A stretch of 64,000 nucleotides of DNA from the human T2T-CHM13v2.0 reference genome, Homo sapiens (GCF_009914755.1 NC_060945.1), one strand, 5' to 3'; shown: positions 18,712-32,369, counted from the stretch's first letter. Numbers and translations are program-made. The notes: generated from the letters alone by a model not told the origin.

Positions 18712-19429
18712 ATAGCATATTTGAGTGCAGGGCTGAGGCAGCCTCTTGGAGGCTTATTATCATGTATCAAATTCTTACCCCAGAGAAAATCAGAGTTGTG
18801 ATTTGAAGCGTTATTAGGGTAATTGCATCTGAGATTTTGAATAATCATCAACAGTCACCTAATCTGCATCACTTATTTTATAAAAAGGCTAATAGACATT
18901 AATAATTTACCTAACATCAAATAGTTTGTGAACAGACAGGCTGGAACTCTTCAGACTGGAATTCAGTTCAATACTCTGCAATGGCATCATAGATAATATG
19001 CATTTGTCAATTTGCATAATCAATATTTTATTTTTGTACCATGCAGGATCATTGTTTAAGTACACAGTGATATACTTCCTGACCTTTAGAATTTTAAATC
19101 ACTGGGCTTAGTGAAATCCCCCAAACACATTTAAAAACTCATAGAAAGGCATATGAATGCAAGCATTTGGAGTGTTCTGAATACCAAAAGCCAAAACCAG
19201 TACAGGTAAATGACAAGCATCACTTAAAAAGAATGTCTGAACAGCTGGCTGAATAAATCAGCCAAAGTTGAAACACTCTTTTCACTTGTCTGTGAAATTT
19301 TTCTTCCTAGAAGTGAGGGAGTCCCTTGAGGGAAAGAGGATAACAGGTAAGCGTATTCACTGTTTGCCACTTCTAGAAATAAAATGCTGCGTATGTATTC
19401 ATATGTATGATATATAACACACAACTAAA

Positions 19430-19727
19430 CTTTTTTTTTTTTGAGACAATGTCTCTCTTTGTTGCCCAGGCTGGAATGCACTGGTGTAATCACAGCTCAT
19501 GGCTCACAGCCCACCTCCTGGGCTCAAGGGATCCTCCCATCTCAGCCTTCCGAGTGGCTGGGACCATAGGTGCACACTACCATGCCTGGCTAATTTTAAA
19601 ATTTTTTATAGAGATAGGGTCCCATTACGTTGCCCGGGCTGGCCTTGAATTACTGGCCTCAAGCAATCCTCTGGCCTTGGCCTCCCAAAGTGCTGGGATT
19701 ACAGGTGTGAACCACTGCACCCAACCA
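19430..19727 (-). mobile_element. AluJ-type
   Basis: Diverged dimer; TSD ACAA(C/G)TAAACTTTT. Confidence 0.92.
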
Positions 19728-19838
19728 CAAGTAAACTTTTGAATCCAAGGAGACACATGGTGTGGGGTCCAGACTGCTGTGACCATCCTATGTCAGGACA
19801 AGTCTAGTGCTTCACTATCAAAGACATTTCTGAAACAT

Positions 19839-20175
19839 GGCCTGGGCTTGGTGGCTCACGCCTGTAATCCCAGCACTTTGGGAGGCCGAGGCAGGCAGAT
19901 CACCTGAGGTCCAGAGTTCGAGACCAGCTTGGCCAACATGGTGAAACCCTGTCTCTACTAAAAATACAAAAATTAGCCTGGCATGGTGACGACCTCCTGT
20001 AATCGCAGCTACTAGGGAGGCTGAGGCAGGGGAAACGCTTGGACCTGGGAGGTGGAGGTTGCGGTGAGCCAAGATTGCATCACTGCACTCCAGCCTGGGT
20101 GACACAATGAGATACTATCTTAACAAACAAACAAGCAAACAAACAAAAAATGAAAGAAAGAAAGAAAGAAAAAGA
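19839..20175 (+). mobile_element. AluSx-type with (AAAC)/(GAAA) tail
   Basis: Full dimer; flanks AAGA(C/A)ATTTCTGAA. Confidence 0.94.
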
Positions 20176-20826
20176 AATTTCTGAAGCAGAATAAAACACC
20201 AGCCACTGAAATTGGATTTAATATAAGTGCTTTGTGACTTTGGTTTATACTTTTGTTGCTAGGGACATGGAATTTTCATTTTTACCTCCAGCTTGGAACC
20301 AGCCATAAGCCAGTGTCTCCTCATGGCTAGCTAAGAGCATTTCCTAGTCTGTTTGGGAAGGAGATAGAACCTCATTTTCCTTTCTACATTCCCTATGAGG
20401 CACTCAAATTCCTTGAAATCATATTTCCCAGGAATCACAAATGAACCAATCTAAACTCTGTGGGGATGATAGACTTTCTTGAGGTCCTCTGGATTTCCTA
20501 GGTCCAAGGATTGGTATTTGTGGTAGTGGGTGATGCCCAAGGGTGAAGGAGAACTGTTACTATATTCAGAACCCTGAGAGTTCATTCTGTCCTTCACTTG
20601 AAGGAAAACTATCAACAGGTAACAGCACCCCTTAGACTTGCTCCTTCTTCTGTGGATGCCCTTTTCTGGCCATGGGCACTTGAAGGAAATGAATGAGAGA
20701 CCCAGGACATAGGCGCTGGGGAAGGAGTAGAGATTGATGTCAGCTCTTTCCTGGAAAGGTTAACAGAAACTACAGGGCATGATTTATTGAAATAATCTGG
20801 GTGAAAATGCTTGTATATGCTAATCT

Positions 20827-21157
20827 TATTTTTTATTTTATTTTGTTTTATTTTTGAGACAGGCTCTCCCTCTGTCACCCAGGCTGGAATGCAGTGGCAT
20901 GATCTTGGCTCACTGCAGACTTCGCCTCCGAATTCATGTGATTCTCCCACCTCAGCCTCCTGAGTAGCTGGGATTACAGGTGCGTCCCACCACTTCTGGC
21001 TAATTTTTTTTTATTTTTTTATTATTATTTTTTTTTTAGTAGAGACAGGGTTTCACCATGTTGGTCAGGCTTGTCTGGATCTCCTGACCTCAGGTGATCC
21101 GCCCGCCTCGGCCTCCCAAAGTGCTGGGATTACAGGTGTGAGCCACCGTGCCTAGCC
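20827..21157 (-). mobile_element. AluSx-type
   Basis: Full dimer; flanks CTAATCTTAT. Confidence 0.94.
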
Positions 21158-21292
21158 TAATCTTATGTTTTAATTTCAAATATTATTTTTATAATTAATG
21201 TTCACATCCCTTATTTATTGAATGAAAACAATGCAATGGGTTAGATAAGTGCTAGAACTAATGCTCTATAATAAACTCTAAAAAACCCTAGC

Positions 21293-21593
21293 CGGCTGGG
21301 CGCAGTGGCTCATGCCTGTAATCCCAGCACTTTGGGAGGCCGAGGCGGGCGGATCACAAGGTCAGGAGATCGAGACCATCCTGGCTAACACAGTGAAACC
21401 CCATCTCTACTAAAAATACAAAAAATTAGCCGGGCATGGTGGCGGGTGCCTGTACTCCCAGCTACTCAGGAGGCTGAGGCAGGAGAATGGTGTGAACCCG
21501 GGAGACGGAGCTTGCAGTGAGCCGAGATTGAGCCACCTCACTCCAGCCTGGGTGACAGAGCGAGACTCCATCTCAAAAAAAAAAAAAAAAAAA
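21293..21593 (+). mobile_element. AluY
   Basis: GAGATCGAGACCATCCTGGCTAACAC and GAGCTTGCAGTGAGCCG diagnostics; pure A tail. Confidence 0.95.
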
Positions 21594-21792
21594 CACCCTT
21601 TCTTGGTGGAAAACGTCAAAACTATTTAAAGGGAGTGAGAATAGTATAACGAACCTGGGTATGCATCTAATCTAGCTCCAACAATTATACAATATCAGTT
21701 CACAGCCAATTTTATTTGATCTATATCTCTCTCTGTCCCTCCTCAAATTATTTCGAGGCAAATACCGGACATATTTACATTTACCTTTAATC

Positions 21793-21968
21793 TTTTCTTT
21801 TCTTTTTTTTTTTTTTAGATACAGGGTCTCACTCTGTTGCCCAGGCTGGAGAACAGTGGCACGATCATGCGTTATTCACTGCAGACTTGAACTCCTGGCC
21901 TCAAGCAATCTTTCTACCTTGACCTCCCAAAGTGCTGGGATTACAGGTGTGAGCCACTGTGTTTAGCC
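21793..21968 (-). mobile_element. Monomeric Alu (FAM-like or arm recombinant)
   Basis: Left-arm 5' end joined to right-arm 3' end; flanks TTACCTTTAAT. Confidence 0.8.
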
Positions 21969-22134
21969 TAGACTTACCTTTAATAGCTTTTGATAAGTTA
22001 TTTTTTAATGTAATTTTGATAAAATAATTGTACCTAAAATGTACTAATGTGTTGGTATTGTCTACTATCCAATCTACGAACAAATTTTACTGATTCATTC
22101 GTAACTGACCCCAGAGTTGGTTTGTTTGAATCAC

Positions 22135-22621
22135 TGTAACTGAGCCTCTATTATAAAGATCATACGATGTTTGTTTTACCTACTTTCCCTTTCCCCTTGT
22201 CCTTTTCTTGCTCTATGCGTGCTTGCTTGCATGTCATTATTTCAGTAGAGGGTAGTCACTAATAATTGATTAACTTCATATCCTAACCTACAGGGGTGCC
22301 TGGCAGATTGATGAACTTGTTTTTCTTTTAAAGAACCATGATCCTTAGGTTATGCAGACCTCCTTGATGGTGTCCAGAAATTTGGGTAGAGGGATGCCAA
22401 CAGCTTTGATCACTGGGGGAGTTTCATCTCCCATATACCCACCTTACTCATACAAGTCCCCAGTTAAATTCAAAGGCAGGGCAGATTTGAGAGACTGTCT
22501 CTCCTGCCCTCTTGCTTTGGTCAAATTGAATAAACCTTTCTCTGTTCCTGAGTGCTGATGTGTCAGTGTTTGGCTTACCATGCATCAGGTGCACAGACCT
22601 AAATTTGGAGATTCTGTAACA
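22135..22621 (+). mobile_element. ERV1-class solo LTR (family not assigned)
   Basis: TGTAAC...TAACA termini, internal AATAAA at ~22529, flanks TCAC/TCAA. Confidence 0.65.
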
Positions 22622-23188
22622 TCAAGACCCATATGACGTTCACATACTGGATTAGGCTGATGACTCATATATCTCTCTTTTAATGTGTGACCATTTACAT
22701 CTCTTTCTCTCTCTCCTCCCTTTTTTTTTTTTTTTTTGGCAATTTCTTTGTTATTAATGGTCTTGTTTTAAAGTGAAGTATTGTCATTTAAGTTTATATA
22801 TCAATGTTATCATTATTTGTTTATTTACAACAAAGTTTTATGCCAAGGCAGTCATGCCATTACCCACCTGACCTGCTTTTCCACCATCAGTTTTACCTGT
22901 GTGTGTCCCTGGATCATCAGGAAGCATTGATTGAGAATCTTTTTCTCTTAATCTGCCTTACTATTTTCTAATGTAGTTACTGATCAAACTTAGCAGTAAC
23001 CCACTCATTTTGTGTGTAGGCAAAAGCAACTATGAATAAACAGAAGAAGTCTCCCACAGTGGGTAAATGTGTGGACCTGGGTTTGAAACCTGATGAAACT
23101 TGCTGGCTGTGACCCCTTGGGCCAGGGATTAACTGCTGTCACTCTTAGTTCCCTCAACCCTCAGGTGCATGTGATTATATTCACTGCC

Positions 23189-25492
23189 TGATATGGTTTG
23201 GCTCTGTGTCCCCACCCAACTCTCATCTTGTAGCTCCCATAATTCCCACGTGTTGTGGGAGGGACCCGGTGGGAGGTGATGGAATCATGGGGGTGGGTCT
23301 TTCCTGTGCTGTTCTTGTGATAGTGAATGTGTCTCATGAGATCTGATGGTTTTAAAAACGGGAGTCCTCCTGCACAAGTTCTCTCTTTGCCTGCTGCCAT
23401 CCACATAAGATGTAACTTCCTCCTCCTTTCCTTCTGCTGTGATTGTGTATCCTCCCCAGCCACAGGGAACTGTAAGTTCAATAAACTTCTTTCTTTTGTA
23501 AATTGCCCAGTCTCAGGTATATCTTTATCAGCAGCATGAGAACAGATCAATACAGTAATTTGGTAGCAGGTAGTGGGGTGCTACTCTAAAGATACCTGAA
23601 AATGTGGAAGTGATTTTGGAACTGGGTAACAGGCAGAGGTTGGAACAGTTTGGAGGGCTCAGAAGACAGGAAAATGTGGAAAGTTTGAAACTCCCTAGAG
23701 AGTTGTTGAATGACTTTGACCAAAATGGTGATAATGATATGGACAATGAAATCCAGGCTGAGGTGGTCTCAGATGGGGATGAGGAACTTTTTGGGAAGTA
23801 GAGCAAAGGTTATGTCTTGTTATGTGTTAGCAAAGAGACTGGTGGGATTTTGCCCCTGACCTAGAGATTTGTGGAACCTTGAGCTTGAGAGAGATCATTT
23901 AGGGTATCTGGCAGAAGAAATTTCTAAGCAGCAAAGCATTCAAGAGGTAACTTGGGTGCTGTTAAAGGCATTTAGTTTTATAAGGGAAGCAGGGCATGAA
24001 AGTTTGGAAAATTTGCAGCCTGACAATGCAATAGAAAAGAAAATCCCATATTCTGAGGAGAAAATCAAGCTGGCTGCAGAAATTTGCATATGTAACAAGG
24101 AGTTAAATGTTAATCCCCAAGACAATGGGGAAAATGTCTCCAGGGCATGCCAGAGGTCTTCACAGCAGCCCCTCCCATCACAGGCCTGCAGGCCTAGGAG
24201 GAAAAAGTGATCTCTTGGGCCAGGCCCAGGGTCCCCATGCTGTGTGCAGCCTGGGGACTTGGTGCCTTGTGTCCCAGCTGCTCCAGCCATGGCTGAAAGG
24301 GGCCAACATAGAGCTCGGATTGTGGCTTCAGAGGGTGCAAGCTGTAAGCCTTGGCAGCTTCCATGTGGTGTTGAGCCTGCCAGTGCACAGAAGTCAAAAA
24401 TTGGGGTTTGGGAACCTCTGCCTAGATTTCAGAAGATGTATGGAAATGCCTGGATGCCCTGGCAGAAGTCTGCTGTAGGGGAGGGGCCCTCATGGAGAAT
24501 CTCTGCTAGGGCAGTACAGAAGGGAAATGTGGGATCGGAGCCCCAGCACAGAATCCCTACTGGGGCACCGCCTAGTGGAGCTGTGAGAAGAGGGCCACCA
24601 TCCTCCAGACCCCAGAATGATAGATCCACTGACAGCTTGCTCCATGCACCTGGAAAAACCGCAGACAACACCAGCCCATGAAAGCAGCTAGGCAGGAGGC
24701 TGTACCCTGCAAAGCCACAGGGGCGGAGCTGCCCAAGATCATGGGAACCCACCTCTTGCATCAGCATGACCTGGATGTGAGATTTGGAGTTAAAGGAGAT
24801 CATTTTGGAGCTTTAAGATTTGACTGCCCCTCTAGATTTCAGACTTGCATGGGGCCTGTAGCCCCTTTGTTTTACTCAATTTCTCCCATTTGGAACAGCT
24901 GTGTTTACACAATACCTGTACCCCCATTGTATCTAGGAAGTAGCTAACTTGCTTTTGATTTTACAGGCTCATAGGTAGAAGTGACTTGCCTTGTCTCAAA
25001 TGAGATGTTGGACTGTGGACTTTTGAGTTAATGCTGACATGAGTTAACACTTTGGGGGACTGTTTGGAGCACATGATTGGTTGTGAAATGTGAAGACATG
25101 AGATTTGGGAGGGGCAAGGTGTGGAGTGATATGGTTTGGCTCTGTGTCCCCACCCAAATCTCATCTTGTAGCTCCCATAACTCCCACTTGTTGTGGGAGG
25201 GACCCAGTGGGAGATGATTACATCATGGGGCTGGGTCTTTCTCTTGCTGTTCTCATGATAGTGAATGGGTCTCACAAGATCTGATGGTTTTAAAAACGGG
25301 AGTATGCCTGCACAAGCTCTCTCTTTGCCTGCTGCCATCCACATAAGATGTGACTTCCTCTTCCTTGCCTTCTGCCATGATTGTGTGGTCTCCCCAGCCA
25401 TGTGAAACTGTAAGTACAATAAACTTCTTTCTTTTGTAAATTGCCCGCTCTTGGGTATGTCTTTATCAGCAGCATGAAAATGAACTAACACA
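23189..25492 (+). mobile_element. Full-length THE1 (MaLR) element: LTR 23189-23554, internal ~1.57 kb, LTR 25127-25492; inserted in a MIR
   Basis: Two TGATATGGTTTGGCT...A(T/C)ACA LTRs, THE1-int body, TSD CTGCC/CTACC. Confidence 0.93.
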
Positions 25493-25911
25493 CTACCTTA
25501 GAGTGTTAGTGTGAAAAGAGGCAATGTTTGAAAATTTTTAGCTTGGTGCTGCCCACACTGTGAGCATTCAGTAATTGTGAGCTGTAATGCTCACTGTTGT
25601 GTTCCATTCCCACAGTAATTTTTGTGTATGTGTTTTGATTTTTTAGACTTAAAAAATACAGTTTTAGATTTATAGAACAATTGAACAGATAATACATAGA
25701 GTTCTATACACCCACCCCATCCCTACCTCTCAATTTCCCTCCACAATTTCCCCTATTATTAACAACTTGCATTGGTGTGGTACATTTGTTAAAATTAATG
25801 AACCAATATTGATACATGATTGTTAACTATAGTCCATAGTTTACATGAGGGCTCACTCTTTGTGTTGTGTACTTCTATGGTTTTGACAAGAGTATAATAA
25901 CACATATCCAC

Positions 25912-26810
25912 TGAAAGGGATCAGAATATGCTACCCCAAAATATTCTACTTTGGCATAAGAATTATTTTGAGCTGAAGGCAATTTAGAAGCAGCAGACTC
26001 AGGAAGAGCTCTCTGACCTCTCTTTTCTGCCTAAAAGCAGGGGATAAATTTCCCTTTTCCCATACTGAGGAGAGGAGAATGATTCTCCATTCTTACAACC
26101 AGAGAGAACTTGAGTTTGTGTAGCAAATCTCAGTAAACAGCCCTTATCTACCATGTACTTCCTAGTCACCTTCTCCCAATTTACCACCCCTAGGAACCCA
26201 AGCTCCCCATTTCTTTTGTCTAGTCATGTCTCCCCGAGTTATCATCCTTTGCTAAAATGGTGTATTAGTCCCTTTTCATGCTGCTGATAAAGACATACGC
26301 TAGACTGGGTAATTTATAAAGAAAAAGAAATTTCATGGACTCACAGTTCCATGTGGCTGAGGAGGCCTCACAATCATGGCAGAAGGTGAAAGATATGTCT
26401 TATATAGTGGCAGGCAAAAAGAGAGAGTGAGAACCAAACGAAAGGGTTTCCCCTTATAAAACCATCAGATCTCATGAGACTTATTTAGTACCATGAGAAC
26501 AATATGGGTTAAACCCATGATTCAGTTATCTCCCACTGGGTCCCTCCCACAACATGTGGGAATTATGGGAGCTACAATTCAAGATGAGACTTGGGTGGGG
26601 ACAGAGCCAAACCATATCACATGGTATATAAGCCCCAGGGTCTAACTACCTCTCTGAGTTTTCAGTTCTCTTCTATGAAGCCCCTGTGGACATAAAATTA
26701 AAAATAAACTTTGTCTGCCTCTTCTCTGATTAATCTATCTTTTTTCAGTTTAACTCTTAAATTCCAGCCACAGAAACTAAGAGGGTAGAGGAAGTTTTTC
26801 CTCCCCTACA
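25912..26810 (+). mobile_element. MER34/MER39-like ERV1 solo LTR
   Basis: TGAAAGGGATCAGAATATGCTACCCCAAAATAT... to ...TTTTCCTCCCCTACA. Confidence 0.75.
26261..26619 (-). mobile_element. THE1 solo LTR
   Basis: TGTATTAGTC...AGCCAAACCATATCA; TSD AATGG/CATGG. Confidence 0.9.
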
Positions 26811-27479
26811 TATTCATTATAGTTTCATACAGAACAATTTAACCACCCTAAACATACCCTGTGTACCTATTCATCTTTCTCTCCCTCCCTTAAAATCTCT
26901 GGCAGCCACTGTCTTTACTGTCTCTATAGTTTTGCCTTTTCCAAAATGTCATATGGCTGGAATCATATAGCACGTATCTTTTTTAGTCTGCTGTCTTTCA
27001 CTTAGCGATATGACTTAAAGTTTCATTTAAAAAAACGCATGTGATTTGTAGTTAATGGAAAGGATTACATAAAGCACATTTTATGTGAAGACATGGGAGT
27101 TGCTTTTGATATTTTTACTTCCTTGATTCAATATGAGACTGATTAGAGGGCTTTCTCTTCCAGCACTGACCAGAGGGTAGAAAGAAAAACGCGAGGATTC
27201 TGGATTCTCTCTTTATAAGCACATTGTTTATGGTTATAGCTCATCCAGGTTGAGTTTAGTGCAGTGGCTCCTACAGCTGATCCGTGAACTAGCTGCAACC
27301 TGAAAATACAGATTCCTTCATCCCTGGGAGTTTGTGACTCTGGAGCACTGGAGAAAGACCCAGGACTGCATTTTTAATGGGCTTCTCATGTGATACTTAC
27401 TTATACAGAACCATTTCTTTGGTAGTAAAAAGGAATACCGGCTTTGGTCTCAGAGGATTTGGCGTCAAGTCCTCTCTCT

Positions 27480-27780
27480 TCATTGAAGCACCAAATATTT
27501 ATTTAACTCCTCCCATGTGCCAGACCTTGGACCAGGCTCTGGATTGATACAACAGTGAGCTTAATAGTCATGCTTTCTACCCTTCACAAGCTTACACTGG
27601 AGAAGAGGCAGGCATTAAGTACACAATTACAGAAATAAATCTTATTCATCAACTATGCTAAGTGCTAAGAAAGAAAATACAAAATGCTATGAGAGAGTGT
27701 TAAAAAAGGGATCTGGCTTTGTTTGAAATGGGGTCAATGATTCACTTTTCCCTGAGATAATGACTTTGAACTGAGATATT
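27480..27780 (-). mobile_element. L2 remnant
   Basis: AAATATTTATT..ACTCC.CCCATGTGCCAG...CTTTGAACTGAGA is L2 3'-like. Confidence 0.55.
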
Positions 27781-28474
27781 ATTTACGTGACATGAGGGAA
27801 AGATGTCTGCCACCCGGGCACACGAGGTCCATTTGGCTTGGAACACAAGGAGAGACAGAGATGAGGCTGCAAATTAACCACTTGATATCTGTCCTTCTGC
27901 AGATCAACAGCCAGGGTCACTGGGTGTCTAGCTATCCTCCTACTCAACTGCACTGAAATTTCTCCCAAATCTCCAAAACATGTTTAGTAATTCTGCCAGT
28001 TATATTTATCAAGAGCTTAAACAATCAGATTGTTAATAGCCTTTTCTTAAAAAGTGTTAGAATTTTAGTTGTTAGTGAATGATTCTTAAAAGGCTGTTCT
28101 GTCTTTGGGTTAGGGCCAATTGTTCATTTACTGAAAGATATACACGGAAAAGAAAAGGATCTGATTCTGCATTGCCACTACTTAAGCGCTGTGAAATGCT
28201 TGAGCTTTTGTCAGGTGTCTGTAGCCTCATTTCATCTTCACTGTAGACTTGTGGAAATGCATTATTATGACGCCAATTGTACAGATGCAGAAGTAAAGGC
28301 TGAGAGAAATGTAGAGGTTCACTGCATTGACATAGTGAGGAATTGATTGCAGTGGTTGGCTGTCAGGGAACAGTCAATGTCCCTAGCTAGGACAATTTTA
28401 ATACTACCATTGTGTCAGTTTTGGGCCCCAGTTATGCATTCTCTTTTGGAAGACATACAACCTGGACATACTTA

Positions 28475-29216
<742 letters not shown>

Positions 29217-30255
29217 CTTAACATCCCAGGATCTTACTTAATGCTGGGAATGAGGTTCTATGGAGGACTCCCGGTGTTTTTTCTCCTGCTCTCCAAAGCC
29301 AACCAAGATCTCTTCAGAAATCTTCAGCTCAGCCCAAAGGAGAAACTTCCAAGGTAAAAGAATTTTCCTAAAAGTATAAATGATATTAAGAATTCTGCCC
29401 ATATGGACTGGGATTATGCTTTATTTCCTGATGGGCCTTTTTCAAAATAAATCATGTTCCTACTCTCCATCTTAGCAGATGATGAAGGCAATTGCTGCTG
29501 AAATGGAACCATGTGGTAACCCCTGCATTAAAGCAAGTGTAGGTTTATTACATACATTGGACACAGTAGGTGACAATGTAGAATTATTTATTTTAAGGGT
29601 ACAAGACCATTTACCTTCCTTCCTCAATATCCTTCTTATACCTTATTATAGTGCTGCACTTTACACTGTAAGAATCATTCCTTGGAATTTGTAAGGCCCT
29701 GAATATAAAAAGCCACTGTTAAAATAGCATGCTACCTAAGAAAAGTAACCCATTAACATCCATTAAGGCTTAAGTGTTAATTATAATCATGAAGTTTGAA
29801 AGTTATGGCTAAATGATTTATTATTCAGAAGCCAAAGCCTTCTAGATTTGTTTGACTCCAAGGATAGAGTCAAAAGTTCAAACGATTCTAATAATGCAAA
29901 AATATCAAGAAATTATGGAATCTTCTCATTCCACCCTTCCTCTTTATCTTAAACTGCTACTATTTCAAAATATATGTGTTAGTCATGCCGATTACTGTGA
30001 GGTTATCAAGGGTAGTCTTCAATATAGAGCCTTTACTTTCTTTTCAGAGCTTTATGGGAGAACTGGTTGTCTTCTATGTTTTCCCTTGAGAATTTTGCTT
30101 ATCTGTTGTGTCTGTCCTAAATGCTACAGTAGTTGGTCTCAGACTGAGCTGTGTTTTTGTACACTGTCATGGACAGTAGCATTTATGAAGCATTTTTTGC
30201 ATACAATTCTTGTCTTTGATAGTGATTATATTTTGTATTTTAATAAATTATCCTG

Positions 30256-30535
30256 GGCTGGGTGTAGTGCCTCATGCCTGTAATCCCAGTACGTTGGGAG
30301 GCCAAGGAAGGTGGATCACTTGAGCCCAGGAGTTTGAGACCAGTTGCAGAAACCCCATCTCTACAAAAAATACAAAAATTAGCAGGGCGTGATGGCACAT
30401 GCCTGTAGTCCTAGCTACTCAGGTGGGAGGATCACCTGAGCCTGGGGAGATCGAGGCTACAGTGAGCCAAAAGCATGTTACTGCACTGCAGCCTGGGCAA
30501 CAGAGTGAGACCCTGACTCAAAAAAAAAAAAAAAA
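30256..30535 (+). mobile_element. AluJ-type
   Basis: Diverged dimer with small deletions and an A tail. Confidence 0.9.
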
Positions 30536-31384
30536 TTACCTTGAATTTTTCTTTAAAAAATAAAACATATTTAGAACTCAGGTTTTCTCTCGTTGAATTC
30601 TAAGTCCTATTACTCAGCTGAGTTTTTTTATGGCCTTGTTGAATTGTCAACAGAGACAGTGGATTACTGATTCATCAAGTATATATTCTCTGTAGCAGGA
30701 AAATGGAATAAGGAATGTACTTGCATTTCCACATTACCTGACACCATCATTTTAACTTTATTCATTAACTTTATTTTACGGTGTGTGAGACTCAAAACAA
30801 AAATCTGCCATTAGTTCCAGTTTGGCTCCAAAATAAAATATTACTTTGTTCATTCATTTTCACATGTTGTATTAAAGTGCTGTCACTGGGCTGATGCTAT
30901 GATCCTCACCGGAGGGAAATGGATGGAGCACATTCTATGGAGGACATAGAGAGAAATCTGGAGCATAAGGAAAAGGGCCAGGCTACGTTGGGTTGGACAT
31001 CTCAGTTGATGATACAGGGTATCCAAGAAGCTTTAGTTTCCCACGTATGGTTAGGATCTAGGTACCTGGATATTGAAGATATAGGAAGTAGAACATAAGA
31101 AATAATTTTTCCAGTTCACAGCTTTGTTTTGAGAAAGGCTCTGAGCAAGTAAAAAGGAGCAAATGCTTATCTGAGTAGAACTTCAACGGTATGGCTTGTG
31201 ATAGCCAGTCTCATGCAGGTACGTCCTTGGGATTTAACATATACAGGCTGGGTTCAGTTTAGAGGATTCTCTAGCAATTTGAGAAGCCAGGAAAACCTCT
31301 CAAACCCCTTAGACCCAGACAGAAAGAATCAATGAGGGAATGATTCACTCAATGAATAATTACCAACTGGAGTGAAGGATTCTC

Positions 31385-31530
31385 TAGTCTAGTGATTCTC
31401 AATGAATAAGCATTATATCATCTCTGTCAGAAATGTATGTATGTTAAAATGCAGATTCCTGGGCCCTACCTCAGGCTAACTGGAGCAAAATTTCTATGAA
31501 GTGGGGTCTAAGAATATGCATATTCACAGA
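31385..31530. mobile_element. MER5-like hAT fossil
   Basis: AGTGATTCTCAA...TGTTAAAATGCAGATTCCTGGGCCC..CC. Confidence 0.6.
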
Positions 31531-31937
31531 TATGCTAGAAGGTTCTTATTCATATTTACAGCAGACACTTATCCTTGGGGATATGTCAAACCAGCCAAGT
31601 GGGAATGAAGGTAAAACTTTGAGCCTACAGCACAAATGGGCTGAGATATTTTGGGTAGAGCTTCTTCTTATGGATAAAACAATAGTCACATGAGTAGCAA
31701 AAGGCTTCATAAAATATTTTGACCTCCACAGGTGACATAACTTTCTTTTGTTGTCAACTCCTGATTTATTTTAGAGAAATTTTGTTTTTAAAAGTTCTCT
31801 CTGATAGATAAATGTGCTGAGGCACTGAGTGTACTTTTAGTTCTTGCATTGGGATGTAATCTAATAAAATAAAATTCCATGCAGCTATTTGGATGACATC
31901 TGTTTGAATAGCATAGTGGGGCAAATAGATTTGTGTC

Positions 31938-32095
31938 TATGTATATTATTTGTGTGTTGTATTATTAGCAAATATGATAGTGTTAGCAAATATGATAGTA
32001 TTATCAGCAAATATGATAGCAAATATGATATGATAGTTGTATGATTAGCAAATATGTATATTATTTACGTGTTGTATTATTAGCAAATATGATAG
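31938..32095. repeat. Irregular tandem repeat with six AGCAAATATG cores
   Basis: Cores start at 31967, 31985, 32006, 32018, 32047 and 32082; ~43-bp direct repeats form both ends. Confidence 0.9.
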
Positions 32096-32369
32096 CTTTA
32101 ATAATAATCTAATATTAATTTATACTACTTAATTTTGACAAAGAAGTAGAATTGAAGTAGAGATTTGATATTAAAGGCATTTATCCATCTGCTTTGGAGT
32201 GGCAATTGGTATATAGACAATGGGCTTTAGATTCACATAAATGTTGGTCTCACCTTTTCCATTTGCTCATTGTGTGACCTTGGCATATTATTTAGCTTCT
32301 CTGAATCTGTGTTTTTTTAACTACAAAAAGAGGACAATAGTACATTACTTCTATGATATAGAAAATCAC

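Larger units (their letters stand above)
25630..27030 (-). mobile_element. L1M 3' end split by nested LTRs
   Basis: L1 3' sequence at 25630-25911 resumes at 26811 (CATTATAGTTTCATACAG...GGAATCATATAG). Confidence 0.75.

Noticed and set aside
23604-24803. Cluster of 65-145-aa ORFs
   Set aside because: Fragments of the decayed THE1 internal region.
31938-32095. CRISPR-like repeat/spacer appearance
   Set aside because: Primate DNA, spacers irregular and derived from the repeat itself, no cas genes.
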